64,000 nucleotides of DNA from IMG/VR virus record IMGVR_UViG_3300042554_001073, one strand, 5' to 3'. The translations under genes were made by a program, and so were the position numbers. Shown piece by piece: positions 16,519 to 25,799 of this stretch. The notes under the pieces were generated by a model. That model saw nothing but the letters and a program-made list of their open reading frames with translations. It was not told the DNA's origin and made no database searches. The first letter of the stretch is position 1. Each line of letters starts with the position of its first letter. Origin of the DNA: a virus.

Positions 16519-16956
16519 TTACCCTAGTCCAGAGTTAAATCTCATAAACTCAATAGCATTTTTAATTTGGTATGTTCTGTTCTGAACCATTTTAAGAATA
16601 CTTTCAATATAAACAAGCATTGTATCGTAGTAATCAATTTTTAAACATACTGTAGATAACTTTTCATCAGCATCAAGATACTTTTGCATTGTATCTTTAT
16701 CACGAATCTTTTTGGGAAAGGGGTTATCTATGTAAACTTCTGGGTCTGACTTTCCTGAATAATATTCATATCTTTCGTGACGAATATTTCTTTTCTGCTG
16801 CTCCGCTTTTTTTCTTAAAAGAAAAATGGTATTATAAAGTTCAAAATATTTTGCATGAAGAGTGGGAATATTTGTTGACTCGGTATGTAGATTGTCCATA
16901 TCAATCTTGGAGTCTTTTTCCCACATCTCTTGAATTTTATCAAGATCAATTGTCAT
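16519..16956 (-). CDS. uvsY: Recombination mediator UvsY
   Basis: WEKDSKID...LHAKY...RTYQIKNAIEFMRF; position between gp3 and uvsW. Confidence 0.88.
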   Translation of the reverse strand: MTIDLDKIQEMWEKDSKIDMDNLHTESTNIPTLHAKYFELYNTIFLLRKKAEQQKRNIRHERYEYYSGKSDPEVYIDNPFPKKIRDKDTMQKYLDADEKLSTVCLKIDYYDTMLVYIESILKMVQNRTYQIKNAIEFMRFNSGLG

Positions 16957-17507
16957 AGAGAGTTGCCAGATAAATCTGTTATATTGTAGATAGTATACTT
17001 GAAACTTACGTCTGCTGTAAAGTATTGTATGTCAGTGTCTGTGGCATCAAAAGTTATTGTTGACAATGAATATGGAAATAAATCTTTAAAAAATACTTGA
17101 AATTTTGCTACCAAATTACTATTCAGAATTTGTAGAGTTCCGTCTGAATAAATGTTTTGCCTATCGTTTGTATAATTTCCTTGAATAATTCCTTCGTTAC
17201 TAAGATCTCTAAATTGCTTTACATCTTCTGGATATCCTAGACCTCTCATCCAATTTTGTATTTCCATATAATTTTCAAGATTTTCGTCAACCAAAAATCT
17301 TAAATTCAAATCTCCAAATTCCAACTTATCTCCAGGTACTGGAATATCTCTAAGATATGATGGTTGATTTGCGATACCTAGATTAATATCTGGGATATTT
17401 GCTTGATTACAGAAAAATGCTACCTTTGGACTTCTTTTTAAAACAAACTTAAATCCAGTAGGTGATAGAAAATTTCTATTTTCAATTTGGGATGGTCTTC
17501 CTGCCAT
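16953..17507 (-). CDS. g3: Tail completion/tube terminator gp3
   Basis: NFLSPTGFKF, FFCNQANIPDI, PGDKLEFGDLNLRFLVDENLENY, DLFPYSLS. Confidence 0.9.
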   Translation of the reverse strand: MAGRPSQIENRNFLSPTGFKFVLKRSPKVAFFCNQANIPDINLGIANQPSYLRDIPVPGDKLEFGDLNLRFLVDENLENYMEIQNWMRGLGYPEDVKQFRDLSNEGIIQGNYTNDRQNIYSDGTLQILNSNLVAKFQVFFKDLFPYSLSTITFDATDTDIQYFTADVSFKYTIYNITDLSGNSL

Positions 17508-17526
17508 TTTTTCTAACTATTTAGAT

Positions 17527-17551
17527 AAAAAAAGGGGTCCTTTCGGACCCC
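17527..17551 (-). terminator. Terminator after major capsid gene
   Basis: GGGGTCC-GAAA-GGACCCC followed by TTTTTTT. Confidence 0.9.
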
Positions 17552-17576
17552 CCCAGAAAAACCTTTGTGAAATAAA

Positions 17577-19004
17577 TCACATGAGGTTCTTAACAGCAAC
17601 ACGTCTGTAGTAACGGTTTGCGTTAATGTTGAGACCACCAAGACCCTGGTTGGTTCCTTCCGCGAATGGGTTAGCGACCATGCCGTAGCGGGTCTTAAAG
17701 CCAATCTTTGGCTGGAAGGTGTTCTCGCCAACGGCACGAACCATTTGGAGAGGAACATATGGGCAATAGAAGAGTCCAGCGTCATAAGGTGAAGAACCCT
17801 TATAACCAACAACATAGTACTGGTTGCCTGGAGTGCCGTTAGCAGCAGTCAGGTTAGCAGCATATGGGTCGATGTAGACACGGAATTTGCCCATCAGAGT
17901 ACCAGCAAAGGTGTTGCCGGTGTCATCAACGTTCAGGTTAGCGTTGAGTGCTGGGGTGTAGTCGAGAACACCAGCCATGGTCAGTGCTGAAGCAACGTCA
18001 GCAGAGCACATGATGATGTTGCCCTTTCCGCGACGAGTTCTTTGTGCGATTGCGTTAGCATCACGCTCGATTTGGAACAGAAGACCCTTGAACTTCTCAA
18101 CAGACCAACGACCATTGGAGTCGATGTCTAGGTCAAAAGTACCAGCAGAAGCAACGTTCTGAACAGCACCCTGCTCAGCAACCTTGTAGATGGTTCTGAT
18201 GACTTCACGGTTGATTTCAGCAAGAATCTCAGTTGACAGAATGTTTGCCAACTCAGCTTCTGCGTTCAGACCGTGAATTGCCTTAAGGTCCTGAGCAAGC
18301 TCAAGTGAGTACTCAGCCTTCAGTGCGCGTGACTTAGCAGTAACGGTAACTTTCTCAATCGAGAAAGCCATTTCGTTAAACTCGTTGCCGGTGCCGTCGC
18401 CAAGAGCTTCAGCATCATCGGTACGCATACCCTGACCAACATTGTATCCTAGTGAGGATGCAGATGATACTGGGTTGAGAACTGATGGGTTGGTGCCTGA
18501 CTGTGCGGTCGTACCAAGACCAGCATTTGCATCACTGAATCCATCAGTGAGGTTGCGGGAATTGTTCTGACCAGACCATGCGGTGTCTGCTTCGTTGAAC
18601 AGAGCTTCGCTGCCACTCTGGGTAGCATAGCGGGAACGCATTGCGAAGATGAGTCCAGTAGGACCACTCATTGGTTGAACGCCAGCGAGGTCATAAGCGA
18701 CCAGGTTAGGCATTGAACGTCTGATCAGTGAGATCAGAACAGGGTCGAAACCAGCAACAGGACCAGCATCAGTTGCGTTAGCACTGAAACCAGCACTAGC
18801 TCCAGATTGAGTGTTAACGTTAGGAGCTGCTTCTGTCAGGAATGAACCCGAAGTTGCGAAAGCGTTTTGCTCTCTTAGGAATTTTTCTTGGTTTTCTAGC
18901 AGGACTGCGGTTACCGCTCTTCTGTGCGAATCTTTGATTGAATCAAGACCCTCATAGTTGAGGAGAGGTGCCCACTTTTCCTGCAGATGCTCGGATTGGA
19001 ACAT
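17577..19004 (-). CDS. g23: Major capsid protein gp23
   Basis: LQEKWAPLL, RRSMPNLVAYD..GVQPMSGPTGLIFAMRSRY, EMAFSIEK, ELAQDLKAIHG, FQPKIGFKTRYG. Confidence 0.99.
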   Translation of the reverse strand: MFQSEHLQEKWAPLLNYEGLDSIKDSHRRAVTAVLLENQEKFLREQNAFATSGSFLTEAAPNVNTQSGASAGFSANATDAGPVAGFDPVLISLIRRSMPNLVAYDLAGVQPMSGPTGLIFAMRSRYATQSGSEALFNEADTAWSGQNNSRNLTDGFSDANAGLGTTAQSGTNPSVLNPVSSASSLGYNVGQGMRTDDAEALGDGTGNEFNEMAFSIEKVTVTAKSRALKAEYSLELAQDLKAIHGLNAEAELANILSTEILAEINREVIRTIYKVAEQGAVQNVASAGTFDLDIDSNGRWSVEKFKGLLFQIERDANAIAQRTRRGKGNIIMCSADVASALTMAGVLDYTPALNANLNVDDTGNTFAGTLMGKFRVYIDPYAANLTAANGTPGNQYYVVGYKGSSPYDAGLFYCPYVPLQMVRAVGENTFQPKIGFKTRYGMVANPFAEGTNQGLGGLNINANRYYRRVAVKNLM

Positions 19005-19056
19005 TTGCGTTTACCTTTGTTGTGTGGATGTTTTGTTTGAATTATATTAAATTCAA

Positions 19057-20193
19057 TTATTTGCTAAATGATGAGAGAGTTCTCAGATAAGTTGACATAG
19101 TGCCAGTCATATCTGCGGGTGAACTGTCTACTCCCTCAGAGAGGGACTCAGTTTTAGCAGAAGGAGATACTACTCTTGAAGGGAAATATGATTCCTTCAA
19201 TGTCTCCAGCTTTTCACGATATTCTTCTTCACTTTCAAACTCAACACTTTCGGCAAGTGAAGCGAGCTTGTCTTTCTGAGTAGCAGCAAGGCCCTCAGAA
19301 ATCTCATCAAAGATTCCTTGTGCAACCGACTCTGCGAGACGCTTGTTTAGGGAAACGTTCTTCTCGATTTGCTCGTTGAGTTTTGTCTCCATTTCATCAA
19401 GTTTTTCTACCATGCTCTCAAGCACATTATATTTATCTTCAGGGATTGATACATAATGTTCTTCAAAAAGTCCTCTCAGACCAGTCATGAAGGATTCGGT
19501 TAACTCCTCCTTCAGACCACCTTCGATTGAGAGTGCGTTCTCTTGGAACCACTCTTCAGCAACATACTCTAGATAAGAATCGACACGCTCAGAAAGAGCT
19601 TCAGCGATTTCTTGTACTTCTTCAGTTAAACGCTCTTCATAATGAGCTTCTAACTGCTCTTTGATTTGTACAGCCTTTGAAGTAATTGCTGCTTCAAAGA
19701 TTGTTTTTGCTTTTTCCTTAAACTCTTCGGAGAGTTCTTCGCCTTCCATTAGAGCATTAACATCTTCTTCGATGTCATATTCCTCTTCAACTACTTCCTC
19801 TTCTTCTCCTTCTTCCCCTTCACCTTCTTCTACCACTTCTTCCTCACCTTCAATCTCTTCCTCTTCAGACTCCGCAATTACTTCTTCATCATCTAGATCC
19901 AACTCTTCTTCCTTCATTCCCTTTGCGGTTTCTGCTGGCTTAGCACCTTTATTTACAACATCCTTGACTTGCTTAAGAGTTGCTCCTGGGGTCTTCAGCT
20001 TAGCTGAATCATCATCAGACTTATAATTGTCTGGGGTAGGACCACCAAGATCTTCCCAAGAACCAGTTTGACCTGGGGGAATATTACCTGATAGTTTTGG
20101 CATTCCTTCTGCAGCAGCTGCACCTGAGTTAACAGCAGTTTTGGATGGTTTAGTGCCTACTTCCATTTCTTGTAATTGTTTGCCACGAGACAT
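19057..20193 (-). CDS. g22: Prohead core scaffold gp22
   Basis: LSEEFKEKAKTIFEAA, VDSYLEYVAEEW, FEEHYVSIPEDK; Glu-rich linker; synteny. Confidence 0.93.
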   Translation of the reverse strand: MSRGKQLQEMEVGTKPSKTAVNSGAAAAEGMPKLSGNIPPGQTGSWEDLGGPTPDNYKSDDDSAKLKTPGATLKQVKDVVNKGAKPAETAKGMKEEELDLDDEEVIAESEEEEIEGEEEVVEEGEGEEGEEEEVVEEEYDIEEDVNALMEGEELSEEFKEKAKTIFEAAITSKAVQIKEQLEAHYEERLTEEVQEIAEALSERVDSYLEYVAEEWFQENALSIEGGLKEELTESFMTGLRGLFEEHYVSIPEDKYNVLESMVEKLDEMETKLNEQIEKNVSLNKRLAESVAQGIFDEISEGLAATQKDKLASLAESVEFESEEEYREKLETLKESYFPSRVVSPSAKTESLSEGVDSSPADMTGTMSTYLRTLSSFSK

Positions 20194-20229
20194 TTGAACT
20201 CTCCGATTTTCCTGTAGTAAATCTATATT

Positions 20230-20237
20230 TATTTATA
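20230..20237 (-). promoter_or_regulatory. T4-type late promoter TATAAATA
   Basis: Exact consensus upstream of gp22. Confidence 0.8.
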
Positions 20238-20247
20238 AATTAATAAA

Positions 20248-20898
20248 TTACAATGAATTTAGGAACTCATTGAATAAACTTAATTTATAGTCTTCCAAAA
20301 TATTTTGGTCAACTAAAGAATTAATTCTTTTTTTGGTTTGCTCGGCATATTTTTCACGAAGAATGCCACCATCCCAAATCCACTCCTTACCTTCCATAAT
20401 TCCTTGAACAAATGCGTCAGGAGCTGAAGGATCTGCTACAATATCCGCAGCAGTCGCAAGCATAAAATCTTCACCAACTTCTTTGTAACCTTCTCTAGTT
20501 TCTCTTAATGAACCAATACCACGAGAGGAAACGCCAAGAGTTACTCCATCTTTAAGAAGAGATTCGGCAATTTTTCCCATTGGTGTTGAAAGGATCTGTG
20601 CCTTACCAATGAAGTTATTACCTTCTCGATAAAGATCTGTAATCTTATGAGAAACTCTATCGAGATTCACAGTTGGTCCATCTGGATGTCCTAGTTCACC
20701 AAGAGCACGTCCTTTTTGAACATAATTTTCATTATAACGTTTTACTTCTCTTTCCATAATAGAAAAGGGATATTTTCTACCATTACGATTTACACATTCG
20801 GACTGTAGAAAAATTCCTTTAATGTAAAGATTCTTTTTACCACCAACTGTTTCGGTGATAACTTCTACTTTTTCGATTTCTTCTCTGATAAGTTTCAT
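20248..20898 (-). CDS. g21: Prohead protease gp21
   Basis: LYIKGIFLQ, NRNGRKY, ALGELGHP, GVSSRGIGS, DIVADPSAPDAFV. Confidence 0.97.
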   Translation of the reverse strand: MKLIREEIEKVEVITETVGGKKNLYIKGIFLQSECVNRNGRKYPFSIMEREVKRYNENYVQKGRALGELGHPDGPTVNLDRVSHKITDLYREGNNFIGKAQILSTPMGKIAESLLKDGVTLGVSSRGIGSLRETREGYKEVGEDFMLATAADIVADPSAPDAFVQGIMEGKEWIWDGGILREKYAEQTKKRINSLVDQNILEDYKLSLFNEFLNSL

Positions 20899-21449
20899 TA
20901 TGCTTGCCCCGTAACTTGTACTTGTTGGTAATAAAGAGTTCCTGAACCAACACCTCTAGCAGAAACTTTGTTTGAGATGCTGATTGATGCATCATTAGAT
21001 GAAAAAGCAGTAACAACTCCACTTGAGTTATGATTAACTACCATTCTTGTTTGATGGTATCCATCATAAGAAGAGGTACTGTCCACAGACAAAACTTGTT
21101 TGTGAGAAAAATCATAATAAGATTGACCACTAGCAGATAAAGATACATAATCGCCGACACCAAAAGGAACTTGAGTTCCTTCTGGAACTGTAATTGTTGT
21201 TGTGGTTCCAGTTGTAACACCTACAACACGATTAGATGCTTTAGTCAGTGCCAATGTTACTGATTCACCGGAAGAAACATAATAATCTGATGTTGTTGCG
21301 ATAGGATCTCCATCAATCTTTACATGAGCAGCACCACTCACTGCCACAATTCTCAATACGTTAGATTGAACAGAAAAGGCAGATGATGTGGTAGCAGTTC
21401 CTGCAGTAAATATAAAAGAGGATCCAGCACCTACTGGTCTATGAGTCAT
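20898..21449 (-). CDS. Hypothetical virion-associated protein (Ser/Thr/Val-rich beta protein)
   Basis: ORF track; in the head operon, abutting gp21. Confidence 0.7.
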   Translation of the reverse strand: MTHRPVGAGSSFIFTAGTATTSSAFSVQSNVLRIVAVSGAAHVKIDGDPIATTSDYYVSSGESVTLALTKASNRVVGVTTGTTTTITVPEGTQVPFGVGDYVSLSASGQSYYDFSHKQVLSVDSTSSYDGYHQTRMVVNHNSSGVVTAFSSNDASISISNKVSARGVGSGTLYYQQVQVTGQA

Positions 21450-21484
21450 TATTCTTATAATACATTTAATAGTTATTTATTAAA

Positions 21485-22915
21485 TTAATAAATCTCCCTC
21501 CATTGGAGAGCAGCAGCAACGTTAGCAGTAGCATTACCTGTAGTAGTAATAGTTCTTACAACAAGCACATAAATTTCAGAATTTGTTGAATTTATATTTT
21601 GAACAATAATATTTTTCTTTGCCTGACTCAATGTTCCAGAAGCAACTGGTGAAAGTGAGTTTTGGGACGCACCAGAAGGAACATAACCCGATGCAAAAAC
21701 ATCACCATTATTGTAAGTTGTTGCATCAATACAAACTTCAACACCACTATTATCAGAAGCAGAAGTCCAAGTTAAAGTTCCCGCATTACTCAAATAAACA
21801 TCACTTGGAAGTTTTATAACTTTATAAACAATACTATTGGTCTCACAAAATAATGAAATATTATTTAATTTAACTGATATTCTATTTGGATATCCCTGGA
21901 AAATATTTTTGAGACGAATCGCAATCAAAGGAAGTTCTGTTCCCGCTGGTGTTGGTGTAGTTCTTGTAGTGGTCATTGTATAAGCAAAGTCAATACCACT
22001 TTCTACATATCCACCTTCTGACATTACAGAAGAACAAATCTGATCAAATGATGCTCCAATACCTACACCAGTGTTTCTAAGTTCACAGCGGACTGGTAAG
22101 TTTGGATTTGCAATATAAACAGTGCTCTGATAATTGGAATGATTAAATTCATGTGCAGTGATGAGTTGTCCATTATGAGCAAAACCACAACGGACTCTAC
22201 CAACACCCAACCACTGAAAATCTATAAATGCAAGTTGAGTCTTTGTAATATCCAAATTGAACCCAGAGGTTCCCGTTCCATCACACTTATCTCTGTTCCA
22301 TTGTGACTGTGAAATTCTAGTTTCCGTTGCAATACCACTTACAAAAGTTCTGATTACCCAATTGTTTGTTCCAATACCAGGATTTATTCCATCAGAAGTA
22401 TTAAGTCCAACCTGTTCAAAATAAATTCCATCTCTATCATCAAAGTATCCAGTTCTTTTAGTTGCATTTTGCTGTGGAGCATAAAAGTTAAAGGAACTAA
22501 AAATTAGTTGTCCCTTTCCCGGTTGATAGTGGTGGTAAAACTTCGTTTGGTGAATACTAAATGCTGTAGATCCAATACCAGTCCGCAATCTTGCACAAGC
22601 TTGGTTTTGTAAAAATGTTACTGTCGAACCTGCTCCAGAAACACTATCTAAGAAGTTTGGGTCAATAGCATAAAGGTGCTTATAGTCACCAAGAGTAAAG
22701 GGTTCTGAGACTCTACCTCTACCAAATGCATCAACTGCATTTGTATCTGGATTAATGGTTACAACAGTTTCTGATGAAATCCCAACAGTTCCGGTAACTG
22801 GAAATGGATTCTTACTACTAATTATTTGTCCGTCACTTGACGCAACACCTACAACTTCAAATAAAGATCTTTCTTGATTTAAATAATCTTGAATTTGTAT
22901 ATTCCACTGAGCCAT
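21485..22915 (-). CDS. Hypothetical structural protein (476 aa, beta-rich)
   Basis: ORF track; AVDAFGRGRVSEP, YQPGKGQL and QWLGVGRVRCGF motifs; lies in the late operon. Confidence 0.7.
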   Translation of the reverse strand: MAQWNIQIQDYLNQERSLFEVVGVASSDGQIISSKNPFPVTGTVGISSETVVTINPDTNAVDAFGRGRVSEPFTLGDYKHLYAIDPNFLDSVSGAGSTVTFLQNQACARLRTGIGSTAFSIHQTKFYHHYQPGKGQLIFSSFNFYAPQQNATKRTGYFDDRDGIYFEQVGLNTSDGINPGIGTNNWVIRTFVSGIATETRISQSQWNRDKCDGTGTSGFNLDITKTQLAFIDFQWLGVGRVRCGFAHNGQLITAHEFNHSNYQSTVYIANPNLPVRCELRNTGVGIGASFDQICSSVMSEGGYVESGIDFAYTMTTTRTTPTPAGTELPLIAIRLKNIFQGYPNRISVKLNNISLFCETNSIVYKVIKLPSDVYLSNAGTLTWTSASDNSGVEVCIDATTYNNGDVFASGYVPSGASQNSLSPVASGTLSQAKKNIIVQNINSTNSEIYVLVVRTITTTGNATANVAAALQWREIY

Positions 22916-23232
22916 TAATCAATCCATTCCAATTTTGACGGGTGGTATCTTTGTGCGTTTTTGATGTTTAAATTTTTTTCTAAAACAGGATAGATTTGAT
23001 GAACAACTGCTCCGGGATAATTGGATTGTAATTGTTCACCAAGTTCTCTTGTGGAAGGAATTCCGTTTTTAGTAATCATTTCCAAACGATATAAACTCCC
23101 ATTCCACATTACATCAGCAACATACTCCTCACCAACTTGTTGTTGTTCTGGTTGAGAATTTACATAAAGATTTCCTGTAAAATCTCCAGCAATATTGATT
23201 GATTCTGAAATAAATTGCTTATAGGATTTCAT
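22915..23232 (-). CDS. Hypothetical protein with capsid-targeting-like N-terminus
   Basis: Begins MKSYKQFISE; in the head cluster. Confidence 0.7.
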   Translation of the reverse strand: MKSYKQFISESINIAGDFTGNLYVNSQPEQQQVGEEYVADVMWNGSLYRLEMITKNGIPSTRELGEQLQSNYPGAVVHQIYPVLEKNLNIKNAQRYHPSKLEWID

Positions 23233-23408
23233 TCTTCCTCTTCGTATTCTTCCTCACTTTCTTCATCTTGACCAAACATGCTTGATGCTACAACTGGACG
23301 AAAAGCATCAATTTTTTCAGATGATTTTGAAAATAAAATATCTTTAATCTTATCACTGATTTGTGATGGTGGTTCATCAGCGATAATCATATCCAAAAGG
23401 TCATCCAT
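23229..23408 (-). CDS. Small acidic protein (59 aa) after the portal; possible prohead core component; not in the ORF track
   Basis: Manual translation MDDLLDMIIADEPPSQISDKIKDILFSKSSEKIDAFRPVVASSMFGQDEESEEEYEEEE; late promoter at 23440-23433. Confidence 0.7.
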   Translation of the reverse strand: MDDLLDMIIADEPPSQISDKIKDILFSKSSEKIDAFRPVVASSMFGQDEESEEEYEEEE

Positions 23409-23432
23409 TTTAAATACCTAAGTAATTTTCTT

Positions 23433-23440
23433 TATTTATA
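23433..23440 (-). promoter_or_regulatory. T4-type late promoter TATAAATA
   Basis: Exact consensus overlapping the gp20 stop codon. Confidence 0.8.
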
Positions 23441-25127
23441 TCTCCCCACCCTTGGGAATTTTTGGAGCTGTTGGTGGTTCCATTTCAGGAACTCCAACAG
23501 AAGAACTTTGTGCTTCCAAGTCTGGTTCCATTACAGGTTTGCCTAAATCCATTTGTGAAGTTTGGTCCAGTGGCATACCTGTTTCTGGGTCAACTGGAAC
23601 ACTTGGGTCTGGAATTATTCCATCTTCAATTTCTTTCTTAATCAATTCATCTTGTTCTAATATTTCAACGTCTGTTTGTCTTAGAATCTTACGTCTTACA
23701 TAATCTTGCGAAAAATACTTTCCAACATAAGGTTCAGCTACTTGAACCATACTTAGTCTCTCATTGAGAAGCTCAGCATCTTTCAATTCTGAGAAGTGAT
23801 TGTCATAAAGGAAATCATATTGGATATGCTCACTCATTACTTCCCAATCTTCTGGGGTAATAATATTTTTTAGAATCAACTGAGTTCTAAGCATATCGTT
23901 AAACATGTTGGAAAATCTTTTTCTCAATCTACCAACAAATTTGGTGAACTTGAGTTCATCCCTCAAAATTTCTGAAGAGCGTCCAAGGTTGAATCCACCT
24001 TCACCATCCATTCTTGATGGTGGAACATTTAATGAACGATATAATTTTTTCTTGAAATACTCAATGTCAGTAATCTCTCCAAGATTTTGACCACCTGGGA
24101 GAGTTGTGATTTCAGTTCCTCTACCACCTTCACGGCGAGGGAGCCAAAAATCTTCCAACATTGCCATATATTTTTTATCATCACGAATCTCACCTGTATT
24201 TGCGTCATATACTAGTTTGTTGCGATATCTCATCATAACATCTCTGAGATATTGCTCAGCTTTTACCTTAGGAAGATTGCCAACATCAATGTAGAAAATT
24301 CTACGCTCAGGAGCACGAGACAATCTGTAGATAACAAGAGAATCCTCAATCATGCGGAGTTGATTAAGAGACTTGATTGCTTTGTGAAGATATGAAAGAG
24401 TATTGCCTTTATTTCTATCGACTAAACCAGAAGTACAATAAGTGACCGAATCTTTGGTCATTTTTATTCCTTGACTTGCCCCAGTAGCGTTAATGTTGCC
24501 TGTAGGAGCAGAACCTTTGGGATTATAAATGAAGTATTCTTCAATGTCTGGGAAGCTATAATCCATTGGATTATCGCTTTGAATTTTTGAAATATTGTAT
24601 CTATCTTCCGGTTTCTTTTTATTTTGCCTAATGTAACGCATTTTCATTGCGTCAATATAACGAAGCTCTTGAATACCTTCACTTGGATTTTTAAAATCAA
24701 TAACTTTATGATAGTAAAGTCTACCGTCAATGTACCAGTTTCTATAAATTTCGTGAGATTTTTTATCAAAATCTAATAAGTCTAAAATGTATTTAAACTC
24801 ATTTCTAATTTTTTTCTTAATTCCATCACTAGCATTTAGATTATCCAAATCAATTTGGACAGGAGTATCATTTGTATCAGAAACAATAGCTTCGTTTACA
24901 ATATCTTCAATAGCACTATCAACTTCTGGGTGAAGTGCCATTTCACGATATCTTTTAATAAGTTCAAACTCTGTTCTATAGACTCCTTCAATATCAACAT
25001 AAGAACCAAAAAAACCACTACTCATGTAGTGATCAACCCCGTCCTCATTATTTTGAGGAACGGGGGAGACCACATTCGGAGATAGTGGTTCAGTATCTTC
25101 TATAGAAAATCCAAATAATTTAGCCAT
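23436..25127 (-). CDS. g20: Portal vertex protein gp20
   Basis: YREMALHPEVDSAIEDIVNEAI, IYRLSRAPERRIFYIDVGNLPK, EDFWLPRREGGRGTEITTLPGGQNLG. Confidence 0.99.
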   Translation of the reverse strand: MAKLFGFSIEDTEPLSPNVVSPVPQNNEDGVDHYMSSGFFGSYVDIEGVYRTEFELIKRYREMALHPEVDSAIEDIVNEAIVSDTNDTPVQIDLDNLNASDGIKKKIRNEFKYILDLLDFDKKSHEIYRNWYIDGRLYYHKVIDFKNPSEGIQELRYIDAMKMRYIRQNKKKPEDRYNISKIQSDNPMDYSFPDIEEYFIYNPKGSAPTGNINATGASQGIKMTKDSVTYCTSGLVDRNKGNTLSYLHKAIKSLNQLRMIEDSLVIYRLSRAPERRIFYIDVGNLPKVKAEQYLRDVMMRYRNKLVYDANTGEIRDDKKYMAMLEDFWLPRREGGRGTEITTLPGGQNLGEITDIEYFKKKLYRSLNVPPSRMDGEGGFNLGRSSEILRDELKFTKFVGRLRKRFSNMFNDMLRTQLILKNIITPEDWEVMSEHIQYDFLYDNHFSELKDAELLNERLSMVQVAEPYVGKYFSQDYVRRKILRQTDVEILEQDELIKKEIEDGIIPDPSVPVDPETGMPLDQTSQMDLGKPVMEPDLEAQSSSVGVPEMEPPTAPKIPKGGEI

Positions 25128-25163
25128 AATTTATTAGTTTAGAATTAATCTTTAGACTATTTA

Positions 25164-25763
25164 TTAGCCGTTAGATCCGCCTGCCGCAACAATGTTAAAT
25201 GATTGAACTTGGAATTCTACAGTAAACTCTTCAATTGTGTCTGAAGAATCGTAGGAAAGATCAATCTGGGAAACGTTAGTTGGGAAAATATCAATAAATT
25301 CATACTCGGCAAGAACAGCATTGGCAGCTCCACTATTGTCTTGGCTGCTTGCTGTTGAACCTCTTCCTAACTGGAATACTCTAGCAGTAGCCATGTATGC
25401 CGATGGGTCAGTTGCTCCAAGGTTGAGATCGAGACTTGCGATCTGATTGGACCATTCTTCAAACGCTCTTCTTAATACAAAGTCTTCATCATTAATAACA
25501 GTTACGGTCCAAACATCAATAGTTCTATCTCCAGCAACCTTAAAAGTTCTTCCACGGAAAGGAACATCGATTGATGCTATATTTTGTGCTGGAAGAGCAG
25601 CTGCCTTACACATAAATTGGAACTTGTCAGCATCAAATGTTGGAAGATCAAATCCAAGTTCACTCAGGGTCATCTCAACCACAAATAAGTTGGGGCGGGC
25701 ACCGCCCCCGATGAGTGATGATTTAAATTGGGAAATAGTTTTGTTCTCTTTTGTTGTTGCCAT
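25164..25763 (-). CDS. g19: Tail tube protein gp19
   Basis: GGGARPNLF, FMCKAAALPA, VPFRGR, WTVTVINDEDF, DSSDTIEEFTVEF. Confidence 0.96.
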   Translation of the reverse strand: MATTKENKTISQFKSSLIGGGARPNLFVVEMTLSELGFDLPTFDADKFQFMCKAAALPAQNIASIDVPFRGRTFKVAGDRTIDVWTVTVINDEDFVLRRAFEEWSNQIASLDLNLGATDPSAYMATARVFQLGRGSTASSQDNSGAANAVLAEYEFIDIFPTNVSQIDLSYDSSDTIEEFTVEFQVQSFNIVAAGGSNG

Positions 25764-25799
25764 TGTTTAAGTCCTCCTTTTGTTATTTAGATTATAAAG

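Noticed and set aside
19661-20026. Ser-rich plus-strand ORF and GAA/TTC low-complexity repeat
   Set aside because: Reverse complement of the Glu-rich linker of gp22; not an independent repeat element.
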